Shown here piece after piece: positions 46,992-55,396 of a DNA stretch of 64,000 nucleotides. Location of the stretch: positions 165,875-229,874 of the forward strand of contig CALRFF010000002.1 of the NCBI GenBank assembly GCA_943356495.1. The letters run 5' to 3'. This stretch comes from Candidatus Nomurabacteria bacterium. Its GTDB lineage: Bacteria; Patescibacteriota; Minisyncoccia; Phycocordibacterales; SBAW01. The notes under the pieces are model-generated. The model was not told the DNA's origin. It ran no database searches and worked only from the letters and a program-made list of their open reading frames with translations. How positions within the stretch are numbered: the first letter of the stretch is position 1; each line of letters starts with the position of its first letter. The translations under genes were made by a program, and so were the position numbers.

Positions 46992-48707
46992 ATGCCCGCC
47001 CATAAAAATATAGACACTATTTGCATAGCGCCCGACACCGCGATAGCGGACACGTTGCGGGTGCTTGCCCGCAACAAGCCGCAAAAAAGCGGTATCCCCG
47101 GCGGCATCGCATTAGTGGTCGACGATTCCCGCACGCTTTTAGGGCTCGTCACCAGCGGAGACTTGCTGCGCGCGGTCGCCAAAGGCACGCCTTTGGCGCG
47201 GCCGGTGCGGAGCATTATGAATAAGGACCCGTTTGTGATTGTCGGCCGGCAGCCCGCCGCCGAGGTGGTGCGCCTTGCGGTGCAAAAAACCCGCGAAGAG
47301 GGCTGGCACAAAGACAGGCTGGAAAAAATTGTCATTGTCGACGCCAAGCGCAAGGTGCTTGATTTGGTCGACCTGTATGACCTGTGGCAGGGCAGCGACA
47401 TACGTCTGCGCCGTATCGCGGTCGTGGGGCTCGGCTACGTAGGGCTTACGTTGGGCCTGACGCTCGCGGATTTGGGCTTTGAAGTGCGGGGGTTTGATCT
47501 GAACGAAAAAGTGCGTGCCATGGTGTCGCGCAAAAAAGCGCCGTTTTTTGAGCTGGGGCTCCCCGAGCTTTTGACCACGCATGTGGGCAAGCGCTTTGCG
47601 GCCGTGGGCACGCTTACCGGCAACGAGTGCGAGGCGTATTTTATTGCCGTCGGTACGCCGCTTAACGCCGCTAAAAAGCCGGACCTCGGACACTTGCGCG
47701 CCGCGGCACAAAGCGTCGGTAAAGTATTAAAGCAAGGTGATGTCGTTATATTGCGTTCGACCGTGCCGCTCGGCACCACGCGCACGGTGGTAGTGCCGAT
47801 ACTGGAAAAGGCATCGGGGCTTACGGCGGGCGAAGACTTTTATGTCGCGTTTGCGCCGGAGCGCACGGTCGAGGGCAAGGCGCTCGAAGAGCTGCGCACC
47901 CTGCCGCAGGTTATCGGCGGTATTAACCGCGCCTCGGCCAACGTGGCGGCGGATATTTTTAACCTGATGACGCGCACTATCCACTTGGTGGACACGCTCG
48001 AAGAGGCCGAGGTGATAAAACTTATCAACAACACCTACCGCGACGTGTCCTTTGCTTTTGCCAACGAAGTGGCGCTTATCTGCCAACGCTGGGGGATAGA
48101 TACCAACAAAGTCATTACCGCGGCCAACGCCGGCTACGAGCGCAGCCGCGTCCCCAAGCCGTCCCCCGGGGTGGGCGGGTACTGTTTGGACAAAGATCCG
48201 TACATTTTTATCGAAGGCGGCAAAGCAAAACAGTACGAGTCCGCGCTGTTTAAAGAAGCGCGCGCGGTTAATACCGCTATTTTGCAGGTAGTGGTCGCTG
48301 ACGCCGTGGCGCACTTGCGTGCCGCGGGCAAAAAAAATCCGAAAGTCTTCGTGCTCGGCTTTGCCTTTAAGGGCAAGCCGGCCACCTCCGACCTGCGCGG
48401 CTCCTCCACGCTTATATTGGTCGAGGGTCTGCGTAAAGCGGGATACAAAAACATCCACGGCTTTGACCCGGTGGTCGGCGCTGCCGAGCTGCGCAAACTG
48501 CGCGTGCGCCCCGTTGCCGACCCGAAAGAAGGGTTTAAAGCTGCCGACTTGGTGATTATTATGAACAATCACGCGTACTTCGAGCAGCCCGACATGGTGC
48601 GCCACCTGCGCCACGCCGCCAAAGGCGCGCTCTTTTTTGACACTTGGGCGCTCCACAATCCGGAAGAAGTCGCCAAAATCTCCAACATCAAGTACCGCCG
48701 CCTATAA
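46992..48707 (+). CDS. CBS-pair domain fused to a UDP-glucose/GDP-mannose dehydrogenase family nucleotide-sugar dehydrogenase
   Basis: N-terminal about 130 aa CBS pair, then IAVVGLGYVGLTLGLTLADLGFEV Rossmann motif and catalytic PGVGGYCLDKDP. Confidence 0.8.
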   Translation: MPAHKNIDTICIAPDTAIADTLRVLARNKPQKSGIPGGIALVVDDSRTLLGLVTSGDLLRAVAKGTPLARPVRSIMNKDPFVIVGRQPAAEVVRLAVQKTREEGWHKDRLEKIVIVDAKRKVLDLVDLYDLWQGSDIRLRRIAVVGLGYVGLTLGLTLADLGFEVRGFDLNEKVRAMVSRKKAPFFELGLPELLTTHVGKRFAAVGTLTGNECEAYFIAVGTPLNAAKKPDLGHLRAAAQSVGKVLKQGDVVILRSTVPLGTTRTVVVPILEKASGLTAGEDFYVAFAPERTVEGKALEELRTLPQVIGGINRASANVAADIFNLMTRTIHLVDTLEEAEVIKLINNTYRDVSFAFANEVALICQRWGIDTNKVITAANAGYERSRVPKPSPGVGGYCLDKDPYIFIEGGKAKQYESALFKEARAVNTAILQVVVADAVAHLRAAGKKNPKVFVLGFAFKGKPATSDLRGSSTLILVEGLRKAGYKNIHGFDPVVGAAELRKLRVRPVADPKEGFKAADLVIIMNNHAYFEQPDMVRHLRHAAKGALFFDTWALHNPEEVAKISNIKYRRL

Positions 48708-49813
48708 TGGAACCCTGCATTGTCACTAACTTCGCGTACGGCACGGGGCCGTACCTGCGCACGACCGAGCTTGCGCTCGCCTTTAACGACGAGCTCGAGC
48801 GCCGCGGGCACAAGCGCATGAAGATAGTGGTGCCCTTGGTGTACGGCGAGCGGCAAAAACAAGTATTGGCAGAGGAATTCGGCGAGCATCCTGAAATTAT
48901 ATTTGACGAAACGCTCGGTGCGCTGTTAAAGAGCGTGTTTTATACGGGCGAGAAAAAATATGAAGAGAGTCTGCGTACGTGGATAACAAAGGCAGACGAG
49001 GTGTCGCGCGCCGCGCATGAGTATTTGAAAGACAAAAACGTCGCGGTCGAGATTAACCGCTCTCCGCGCGTGCGCTACGATGTGGCGCCCAGCTACTCGA
49101 CCGGCTTTGGCTACGTCGCCGATATTCTGGAGCATGCGCTGGCCGCGGGCCGTAGTGTGGTCGATGTAGACCCCGAGTTGCTTAAGGCCGGTATTGCGCT
49201 TGCCGACCGCATCGAGGGTAAGCAAGATTTGCGTTGCATGGCGTATCCCGCAACCTTTTCGTCGTTCCAAAACTACAAGCCGCGCTACGACGGCGAGGTG
49301 CTTGTCCCGCCGATTACCGACCTGCCCAAGGCGCGCGTGCACGAGCCGATGGAAGACGGTTTGTTTGTAACGATTACCGGTATTGAAGGGCTCGAACGTT
49401 TGTACGCCGAGGCCCGCGCGCTGGGGCTAAAGCTGTACTCCAACGACACCGGTGCCGTAGCGGGTGCGGTTAAAGCGTTACCGCACGTGCTCGGTAACCC
49501 CGCTATTAAACTGCAGTTTGCGCGCGCGGGCTGGGGGTCGGTATGGCTGTCGATGTTTACCGGCGTGCCGGTAGTGGTGCCGCAATACGACAAAACCGAT
49601 GACCCGGAGATTTATTGCAACAACAAAGCGGTCGAAGCAACCGGCATCGGTGTGGTGTACCGCGGCCAGCCGCTTGTGGAGATTATGGCGCAGGGCGACG
49701 CCGTGCGCGCAGCCCAAAAAAAGATGCGGGACGCTATTGTGGCGCGGTGGGGGACGCTTAGCGGCAACGAGGTGTGCGCCAAACTCATGGCCGACCGGTT
49801 TCTTGCCAAGTAG
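48707..49813 (+). CDS. Hypothetical GT-B-fold-like protein (possible nucleotide-sugar hydrolase/glycosyltransferase such as PseG/MurG-like)
   Basis: C-terminal ARAGWGSVWLSMFTGVPVVVPQY resembles the GT28 C-terminal donor-binding motif. Start chosen at MEPCIV. Weak assignment. Confidence 0.3.
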   Translation: MEPCIVTNFAYGTGPYLRTTELALAFNDELERRGHKRMKIVVPLVYGERQKQVLAEEFGEHPEIIFDETLGALLKSVFYTGEKKYEESLRTWITKADEVSRAAHEYLKDKNVAVEINRSPRVRYDVAPSYSTGFGYVADILEHALAAGRSVVDVDPELLKAGIALADRIEGKQDLRCMAYPATFSSFQNYKPRYDGEVLVPPITDLPKARVHEPMEDGLFVTITGIEGLERLYAEARALGLKLYSNDTGAVAGAVKALPHVLGNPAIKLQFARAGWGSVWLSMFTGVPVVVPQYDKTDDPEIYCNNKAVEATGIGVVYRGQPLVEIMAQGDAVRAAQKKMRDAIVARWGTLSGNEVCAKLMADRFLAK

Positions 49814-49840
49814 GCGGTTTTTATGTACAGTGTTTCGGCT

Positions 49841-50821
49841 ATGACAAAGCTGATAGTCGAGATTTGCCAAAACCACAACGGCTCGCGCGAGACCGTGCGC
49901 GAAATGATACAGGCCGCCGCACTGGCCGGCGCCGATATTATTAAAATGCAGTCTATGTGGTCGGCCGACCTACCTAAGCGCGAGCGCTTTGAGGAAGGCG
50001 AAGTGCACGCGCAGACCGGTATCCGCACCGCTATTAAGCGCCCCCACGGCCCCGAGCAGGAGCGTCTTGCCACACTTGACCTCTCTATAGACGACCATCA
50101 GTTTTTTATCGACACCTGCCACCGGTACGGGGTGTTGCCGATGACCACTATTTTCTCGCGGCACCGTATTGCGGAGGTTGCGGGCCCCAAAGCCCCCGGC
50201 AAATGGGTTAAGGTGGCAAGTTACGATTGCGCCAGTTACCCCATGCTGCGCGAGCTTGCCGAGCATTTTGATAACTTTATTATCTCGACCGGCGCAACCT
50301 ACGACCACGAGATACAAAAAACCGCCGAGCTTATGAAAAGTTTGGGTAAAAACTTTTCCTTTTTGCATTGCGTCACCAGCTACCCTAACGCGCTCGAAAT
50401 CTGCAACCTTGCGCGCATGGAGTGGTTGCGGCAGTTTACGCCGACGGTCGGTTGGAGCGACCACACCAAGATAGCCGACACCGGTTTGGCGGCGGCAAAA
50501 ATCGCCATTATGCTCGGTGCCGACTACGTCGAGCGGCACTTTACTATTTTGCCCGCCGATCAGACCAAAGACGGACCGGTTTCGATTAATCCCGCGATGC
50601 TCCGCGAGCTCTCCGCGTTTCGCAATCTTTCCAAAGCGCAGCAGCAGGAGCAGATAGCAAAAGAATATCCTAACTGGAAGTCTGCCGTAGGCGTGCCGGT
50701 GCGCGAGATGGGCCATATCGAGCTCCTCAACCGCGACTATTACCGTGGTCGCTTCGCCAGCCCCGACGGCAACGGCGGGTGGATATATAATTGGGAGGAA
50801 AAGCCGGTGCGCTTTGCCTAA
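49841..50821 (+). CDS. Divergent NeuB-family (N-acetylneuraminate synthase-like TIM barrel) protein without SAF domain
   Basis: LIVEICQNHNGSRETVREMIQAAALAGADIIKMQ and HCVTSYP parallel the first NeuB-like gene (IAEIGNNHNGD ... AVKFQ, HCVSIYP). Confidence 0.55.
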   Translation: MTKLIVEICQNHNGSRETVREMIQAAALAGADIIKMQSMWSADLPKRERFEEGEVHAQTGIRTAIKRPHGPEQERLATLDLSIDDHQFFIDTCHRYGVLPMTTIFSRHRIAEVAGPKAPGKWVKVASYDCASYPMLRELAEHFDNFIISTGATYDHEIQKTAELMKSLGKNFSFLHCVTSYPNALEICNLARMEWLRQFTPTVGWSDHTKIADTGLAAAKIAIMLGADYVERHFTILPADQTKDGPVSINPAMLRELSAFRNLSKAQQQEQIAKEYPNWKSAVGVPVREMGHIELLNRDYYRGRFASPDGNGGWIYNWEEKPVRFA

Positions 50822-51765
50822 TGAAAATTCTCAACCTGGTCGAACAATTTAGCGAGGAAGCAAAAAGCGTCCTTGCGGCGCTCGGCGAGGTTGACTATCG
50901 CTCGGTACGCCAAGAGGAGCTTGCGGCCGCAGTGGCGCCGTATGAGGCGCTCTTTGTGCGTCTCGGTCTCCAATACGACAAGACGGTTATAGACGCCGCG
51001 CCGAATCTGAAATACATCGCGACCGCTACGACCGGTCTTAACCATATCGATGTCGCGTATGCCGAGTCTAAAGGTATCAAGGTCATATCGCTGCGCGGCG
51101 AGAACCAATTTTTAGACACCATTACCTCGACCGCCGAGCTTGCCTTTGGTTTGCTGATAGATCTCGCGCGTTACACGCCGTGGGCCTACGACTCTATCCG
51201 CCGCTACGAAATGAAGATGGACGATTTTAGGGGCACCAGCCTGTTCGGCAAAACACTGGGCATTGTCGGCATGGGGCGCTTGGGCAAGATTATCGCCGCG
51301 GGCGCCGCGGGTTGGCGCATGAACGTTGTCTTTACCGACCCCAATGTTCCGCAGGAAAAATTTCCGCAGTATACAAAAGTATCGATGGACGAGCTGCTTG
51401 GCCAAAGCGACTTCGTAAGCCTGCACGTGCACCTGCTGCCGGAAACCGCGGGGCTACTGGGGGAGTCGGCGATAGGAAAAATGAAAAAAGGCGCACTGCT
51501 GGTTAACACCTCGCGCGGCGAGTTGGTGGACGAGGCAGCGGTGTTGCGCGCGCTAGAGAACGGGCACTTGGGCGGCTACGCCACCGACGTGCTTACCCGC
51601 GAGCTCGATTTTACTAAAAAGTTTGAGAACCATCCGCTCGTTGAGTACGCCAAAAAAAGCCACAACTGCATTATGGTCCCGCACACCGGCGGCCTTACGC
51701 ACGAGTCGCGCCGCGACACCGACGTCTTTATAGCCACCAAGCTCGCTGCTGCGGTGCGCGGGTAG
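50821..51765 (+). CDS. D-isomer-specific 2-hydroxyacid dehydrogenase family protein
   Basis: GKTLGIVGMGRLGKIIA NAD motif and catalytic region LLVNTSRGELVD ... HTGG. Confidence 0.8.
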   Translation: MKILNLVEQFSEEAKSVLAALGEVDYRSVRQEELAAAVAPYEALFVRLGLQYDKTVIDAAPNLKYIATATTGLNHIDVAYAESKGIKVISLRGENQFLDTITSTAELAFGLLIDLARYTPWAYDSIRRYEMKMDDFRGTSLFGKTLGIVGMGRLGKIIAAGAAGWRMNVVFTDPNVPQEKFPQYTKVSMDELLGQSDFVSLHVHLLPETAGLLGESAIGKMKKGALLVNTSRGELVDEAAVLRALENGHLGGYATDVLTRELDFTKKFENHPLVEYAKKSHNCIMVPHTGGLTHESRRDTDVFIATKLAAAVRG

Positions 51766-51857
51766 GGTACTTGCTTTTTTATATTATACGTGCTATAATA
51801 GAAGCAGACGGCCATTACTAATACAACCGCCCCTCAGTGGGCAGAAAGAGGTGACTC

Positions 51858-52901
51858 GTGGCGAAGATTGTGCTCGCGGCCCACGATGCGGGTCCGTCGA
51901 ACGCGCTTGGCGCGTTTGCCAAGGTGCTCGACTCTCCGGCGGTGTTTCTCGCGAACGCCGGCAAGACCTACCTGAACGAAAAGGCGACGGATGCCATGCG
52001 TTACAGCATACGCACCGCCGACTTCGTGCTTATCGGGATGTCGTTCCCGGAGGCTAATGCCGCCATCGAACTGATGGCGGCAAAGACCGCCGCGGAAGCG
52101 CGGATCCCGTACGGTTTCTGCGCCGACATACCGGGCGCGTGGAACCGTGTATGGTTTGCACCGTACCGCGCGTCGGCATCATTGTTGCTTACGGTGGGCG
52201 GCGTTGAGGAGATTGCCAAAGCGACGGCGCTCTTCCCCAAAGCCTACATCACCCGCACGGGCAACCCCGAGTGGGAGAAGTACTTCCTGCCCGCGAGCCG
52301 GAGTGCGGCCCGCGGCGCAATGGGCGCAAGTGATGACGAGTTTGTCATCCTTTCGCCCGGCGGCAAAGACGCGGTGCTCAATATCCAGTCATGGTCGACG
52401 GTGGTCGAGGCCGCCTCCTTGTACCGGAGTAATGTGGCGGTCGTGCTGACTTGCCACCCCGGCGACCGCACTCCGAAGGACGTGTACCAGTCGTTGGCAC
52501 ACTACGGCCAAAAGCTCGGCGTGCGGGTGCTCTGCTCGGAAACGCCAAGCGATGTACTGGTACCCGGCGTTGATGTGGTGGTACAGACACCAAACTTTTC
52601 GGTCGGCCTGCACGCGATGTGCAGGCGAGTCCCCGTCATCGATATGATGGGGGCCATGGCCGCGGAGCGGGTGTTTGAAAACACGGGTACGCGCGAAGGT
52701 CAGTTTGCGGGTACCGAGGCGGTGTTGTCGCTGTATTACGAAGAGGCGACCGCCCCCGCTCTGGCGCAAGCATTGGTGTCGGTGCGCACCAACACCGTCA
52801 TGCGCGAAGCGCAAGAGCGGTTGCTTCCGCCGCTTAAGCAAGGCGGTGCGGTCGCGGCGATGAAAGCCGCGGTCGAAGAAGTGCTCAATAAGAAGCGTTA
52901 G
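51858..52901 (+). CDS. Hypothetical protein (last gene of the ulosonic-acid-like sub-cluster)
   Basis: GTG start with SD AAAGAGG. No recognisable motif. Followed by a strong terminator. Confidence 0.4.
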   Translation: MAKIVLAAHDAGPSNALGAFAKVLDSPAVFLANAGKTYLNEKATDAMRYSIRTADFVLIGMSFPEANAAIELMAAKTAAEARIPYGFCADIPGAWNRVWFAPYRASASLLLTVGGVEEIAKATALFPKAYITRTGNPEWEKYFLPASRSAARGAMGASDDEFVILSPGGKDAVLNIQSWSTVVEAASLYRSNVAVVLTCHPGDRTPKDVYQSLAHYGQKLGVRVLCSETPSDVLVPGVDVVVQTPNFSVGLHAMCRRVPVIDMMGAMAAERVFENTGTREGQFAGTEAVLSLYYEEATAPALAQALVSVRTNTVMREAQERLLPPLKQGGAVAAMKAAVEEVLNKKR

Positions 52902-52908
52902 CCAGCAG

Positions 52909-52937
52909 CCCCTCCGTCAAACGGAGGGGCTTTTTTC
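52909..52937 (+). terminator. Rho-independent terminator (CCCCTCCGT-CAA-ACGGAGGGG + CTTTTTTC)
   Basis: Read directly from the sequence. Confidence 0.7.
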
Positions 52938-52941
52938 TATA

Positions 52942-52951
52942 ACGCCCCGTG
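52942..52951 (+). promoter_or_regulatory. GTGGTATAGT extended -10 motif 16 nt upstream of the ligase-like gene ATG
   Basis: The same 10-mer recurs at 55199-55208 and 56687-56696. Confidence 0.35.
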
Positions 52952-52967
52952 GTATAGTCTCTGTCAT

Positions 52968-55199
52968 ATGCAATACACCACGTACTTGCGCTGGGGCGTC
53001 ATAGCCGGCGTTTTTTTGGTTCTTATTACTCCGTTTTTGGTCGCCGGTTCCTGGGGCATACCGCCGTACTTTTTCCCTTTTATAACGGCTAAAAACTTTA
53101 CTTTCCGCATACTGGTCGAGTTGTCGCTCCTGTTGTACGTGATACTCGCCCTGCGCGAGCCCAAGTACCGCCCCCGCCCGTCGCTCATTATGTGGGCGGT
53201 GCTCGGGCTTGTGGTGTGGATGGGCTTGTCGACCATTACCAGCGTCGACCCGATAAAAAGCTTTTGGAGCAACTTCGAGCGCATGGACGGTTATGTTAAC
53301 CTCCTACACCTCTTTGCGTGGTTTGTTATCACCGGCGCGGTATTAACCGCCGAGAACTTGTGGGGGCGTTTTATTAATACCTCCATCGGTCTTAGTGCCG
53401 TGCAAGGGCTTGTGGCGCTTTTGCAGGTGATGCACCTGTTTGGGTTTGCCCCGAGTTCGCAAAGCGGCATACGCGCCGACACCACGTTCGGTAACGCGAC
53501 CTACTTGGCCGTGTTTATGCTGTTTAACATCTTCCTTACACTCTTTATGCTCGCGGGCCGTCTGCAAAAAGGCCGCCTCAGCGGCGGGTGGCAGGCGCTC
53601 TATGGTTTGGCGTTGGTGCTGCAGTTTGCGGGGCTCTTCTTTACCGAAACGCGCGGTGCACAACTTGGCGTTATCGGCGGGCTTATCGTCAGCGCGCTTT
53701 GGATAGCGGTATTTGCGGGGGCCAACCTTAAGGCGGCGCGGCGCTACGCGCTCTATACGCTCGGCGGACTCGCGGTGCTTATCGCGGTGTTTATAGGCAT
53801 CCGCGACACGCAGTTTGTCCAAAGCTCTTCGACGCTCAGTCGCTTGGCCTCTATCTCGCTCAGCGACTCTACCATCGCGGCCCGCATTCACTTTATCTGG
53901 CCGACGGCCATTAAAGGCATTATGGAAAAACCGGTAACCGGCTGGGGTGCGGAGAACTTTAGTTTCGTCTTCAATAAATATTACGAGCCGGGTATGTACA
54001 ACCAAGAGCAGTGGTTTGACCGCGCGCACAACCAATTCCTCGACTTCGGGATCGCGGGCGGCGTGCCGGCGCTCCTGTTGTACCTGTCACTCTTCTTCCT
54101 CGGTCTGTGGGCGCTGTGGCGCTCAAATCTCGGCGTGGCCGAGCAGGCGGTGCTCGTGGGGCTGTTGGCCGCATACGGGTTTAACAACTTGGCGGTCTTT
54201 GACAACGTAGTGAGCTTTATCTACTTCTTCGCGTTGATGGCGTACCTGCACAGCATCTCGCGCAAGGAGCTGCCGGGGTGGTTGTTCCTGTCGCGCAAAG
54301 TAGGCGAGCAGCCGCTGGCCATAGCCGCGCCGGTGCTCGCGATACTGATACTCGGCGCGGGCTTTGTGGTAAACGCGCCGGCGATGGCGCGCGCCTCGCA
54401 GCTGGTGCAGGCGCTCGGCTCGCAAAGCTCGGCCGACAAAAACTTGGCGCTCTTTGCCGCCTCGCTTGAAAACACAAAGCTGCCGGGCAACCCGATAGGG
54501 CTGCAGGAGGCGGTCGAGCAGTTGTCGCAGTTCAGCGTTAACACGGTGGCGCCTTCCTCCGTCGCCCCGGGCGTTAAGCAGCAGTACTTCTCGCTTACCG
54601 CCGGCAATCTTGAAATATTGATGCAGCAGCGCCGGCACGACGCGCGCCTCGAGCTCTTTATGGGGTTGCTGCTTTCGACCTTCGGCGACTATCAAAACTC
54701 AATCTCCTACCTTAACCAAGCCCTTGCCGACAGCCCTAAAAAACAGCAGATACTTATGCAGCTGGGCCTTACCCAAATACAAAGCGGTCAGCTTATAGAT
54801 GCGGTTGCAACGTTGCGCACCGCGTTTGAGTCGGAGAAAAACTATGACACCGCGCGCGTACTGTACGCCAGCGCGTACTACTATGCGGGGGATACCGCGC
54901 AAGGCGACGCGCTCCTGATAGAAAAGTGGGGTTCGGTCGTGGTAGACAACGACCAACTGATGCAGGTGTACACCAACACCAAGCAATGGTCGCGCGCCGT
55001 CGCTATCTGGAAGCTCCGCATCAGCAAAGACGACACCAACGTCCAGCTCCGCCTTGGCCTTGCGGGCGTGTACTTTGCCTCGGGTGACAATGCCTCGACT
55101 ATCGCCGAGTTGCGCGCCGTGGCCAAACTCCAGCCCGCTTCCGCCGGCCAAATGGAGACACTTATAAAGCAGATTCAAGACGGCACCCTAAAGCCCTAG
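52968..55199 (+). CDS. O-antigen ligase/PglL-like (Wzy_C) polytopic membrane protein with C-terminal TPR repeats
   Basis: About 12 hydrophobic helices with a large loop (HNQFLDFGIAGGVPALLLYL) typical of Wzy_C, then about 200-aa TPR-like helical repeats (YLNQALADSPKKQQILMQLGLTQIQSGQLIDA...). Confidence 0.6.
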   Translation: MQYTTYLRWGVIAGVFLVLITPFLVAGSWGIPPYFFPFITAKNFTFRILVELSLLLYVILALREPKYRPRPSLIMWAVLGLVVWMGLSTITSVDPIKSFWSNFERMDGYVNLLHLFAWFVITGAVLTAENLWGRFINTSIGLSAVQGLVALLQVMHLFGFAPSSQSGIRADTTFGNATYLAVFMLFNIFLTLFMLAGRLQKGRLSGGWQALYGLALVLQFAGLFFTETRGAQLGVIGGLIVSALWIAVFAGANLKAARRYALYTLGGLAVLIAVFIGIRDTQFVQSSSTLSRLASISLSDSTIAARIHFIWPTAIKGIMEKPVTGWGAENFSFVFNKYYEPGMYNQEQWFDRAHNQFLDFGIAGGVPALLLYLSLFFLGLWALWRSNLGVAEQAVLVGLLAAYGFNNLAVFDNVVSFIYFFALMAYLHSISRKELPGWLFLSRKVGEQPLAIAAPVLAILILGAGFVVNAPAMARASQLVQALGSQSSADKNLALFAASLENTKLPGNPIGLQEAVEQLSQFSVNTVAPSSVAPGVKQQYFSLTAGNLEILMQQRRHDARLELFMGLLLSTFGDYQNSISYLNQALADSPKKQQILMQLGLTQIQSGQLIDAVATLRTAFESEKNYDTARVLYASAYYYAGDTAQGDALLIEKWGSVVVDNDQLMQVYTNTKQWSRAVAIWKLRISKDDTNVQLRLGLAGVYFASGDNASTIAELRAVAKLQPASAGQMETLIKQIQDGTLKP

Positions 55200-55246
55200 T
55201 GGTATAGTAAGAGAGTGGGTACAGGGGAGCTCCCTGCCATTGTCCG

Positions 55247-55277
55247 CAACAAGCCGCCGCAAGGCGGCTTGTTGTTT
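55247..55277 (+). terminator. Hairpin (CAACAAGCCGCC-GCAA-GGCGGCTTGTTG) followed by a short T run
   Basis: Read directly from the sequence. Lies 40 nt downstream of a GTGGTATAGT motif. Confidence 0.45.
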
Positions 55278-55396
55278 GCGCTATATACTACAGAGGTAGC
55301 GCTTTGAGCGGGGAGCGGAGCACTCACATTAGGACAATGTATTGGAGCTCGCTTTCCGCTTCCCGTTCAGAGCACAACTCGGTACACTGGTTGTGT

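Noticed and set aside
47727-48656. 309-aa minus-strand ORF antisense to the CBS-dehydrogenase gene
   Set aside because: Antisense artefact. The sense gene carries the Rossmann and catalytic Cys motifs.
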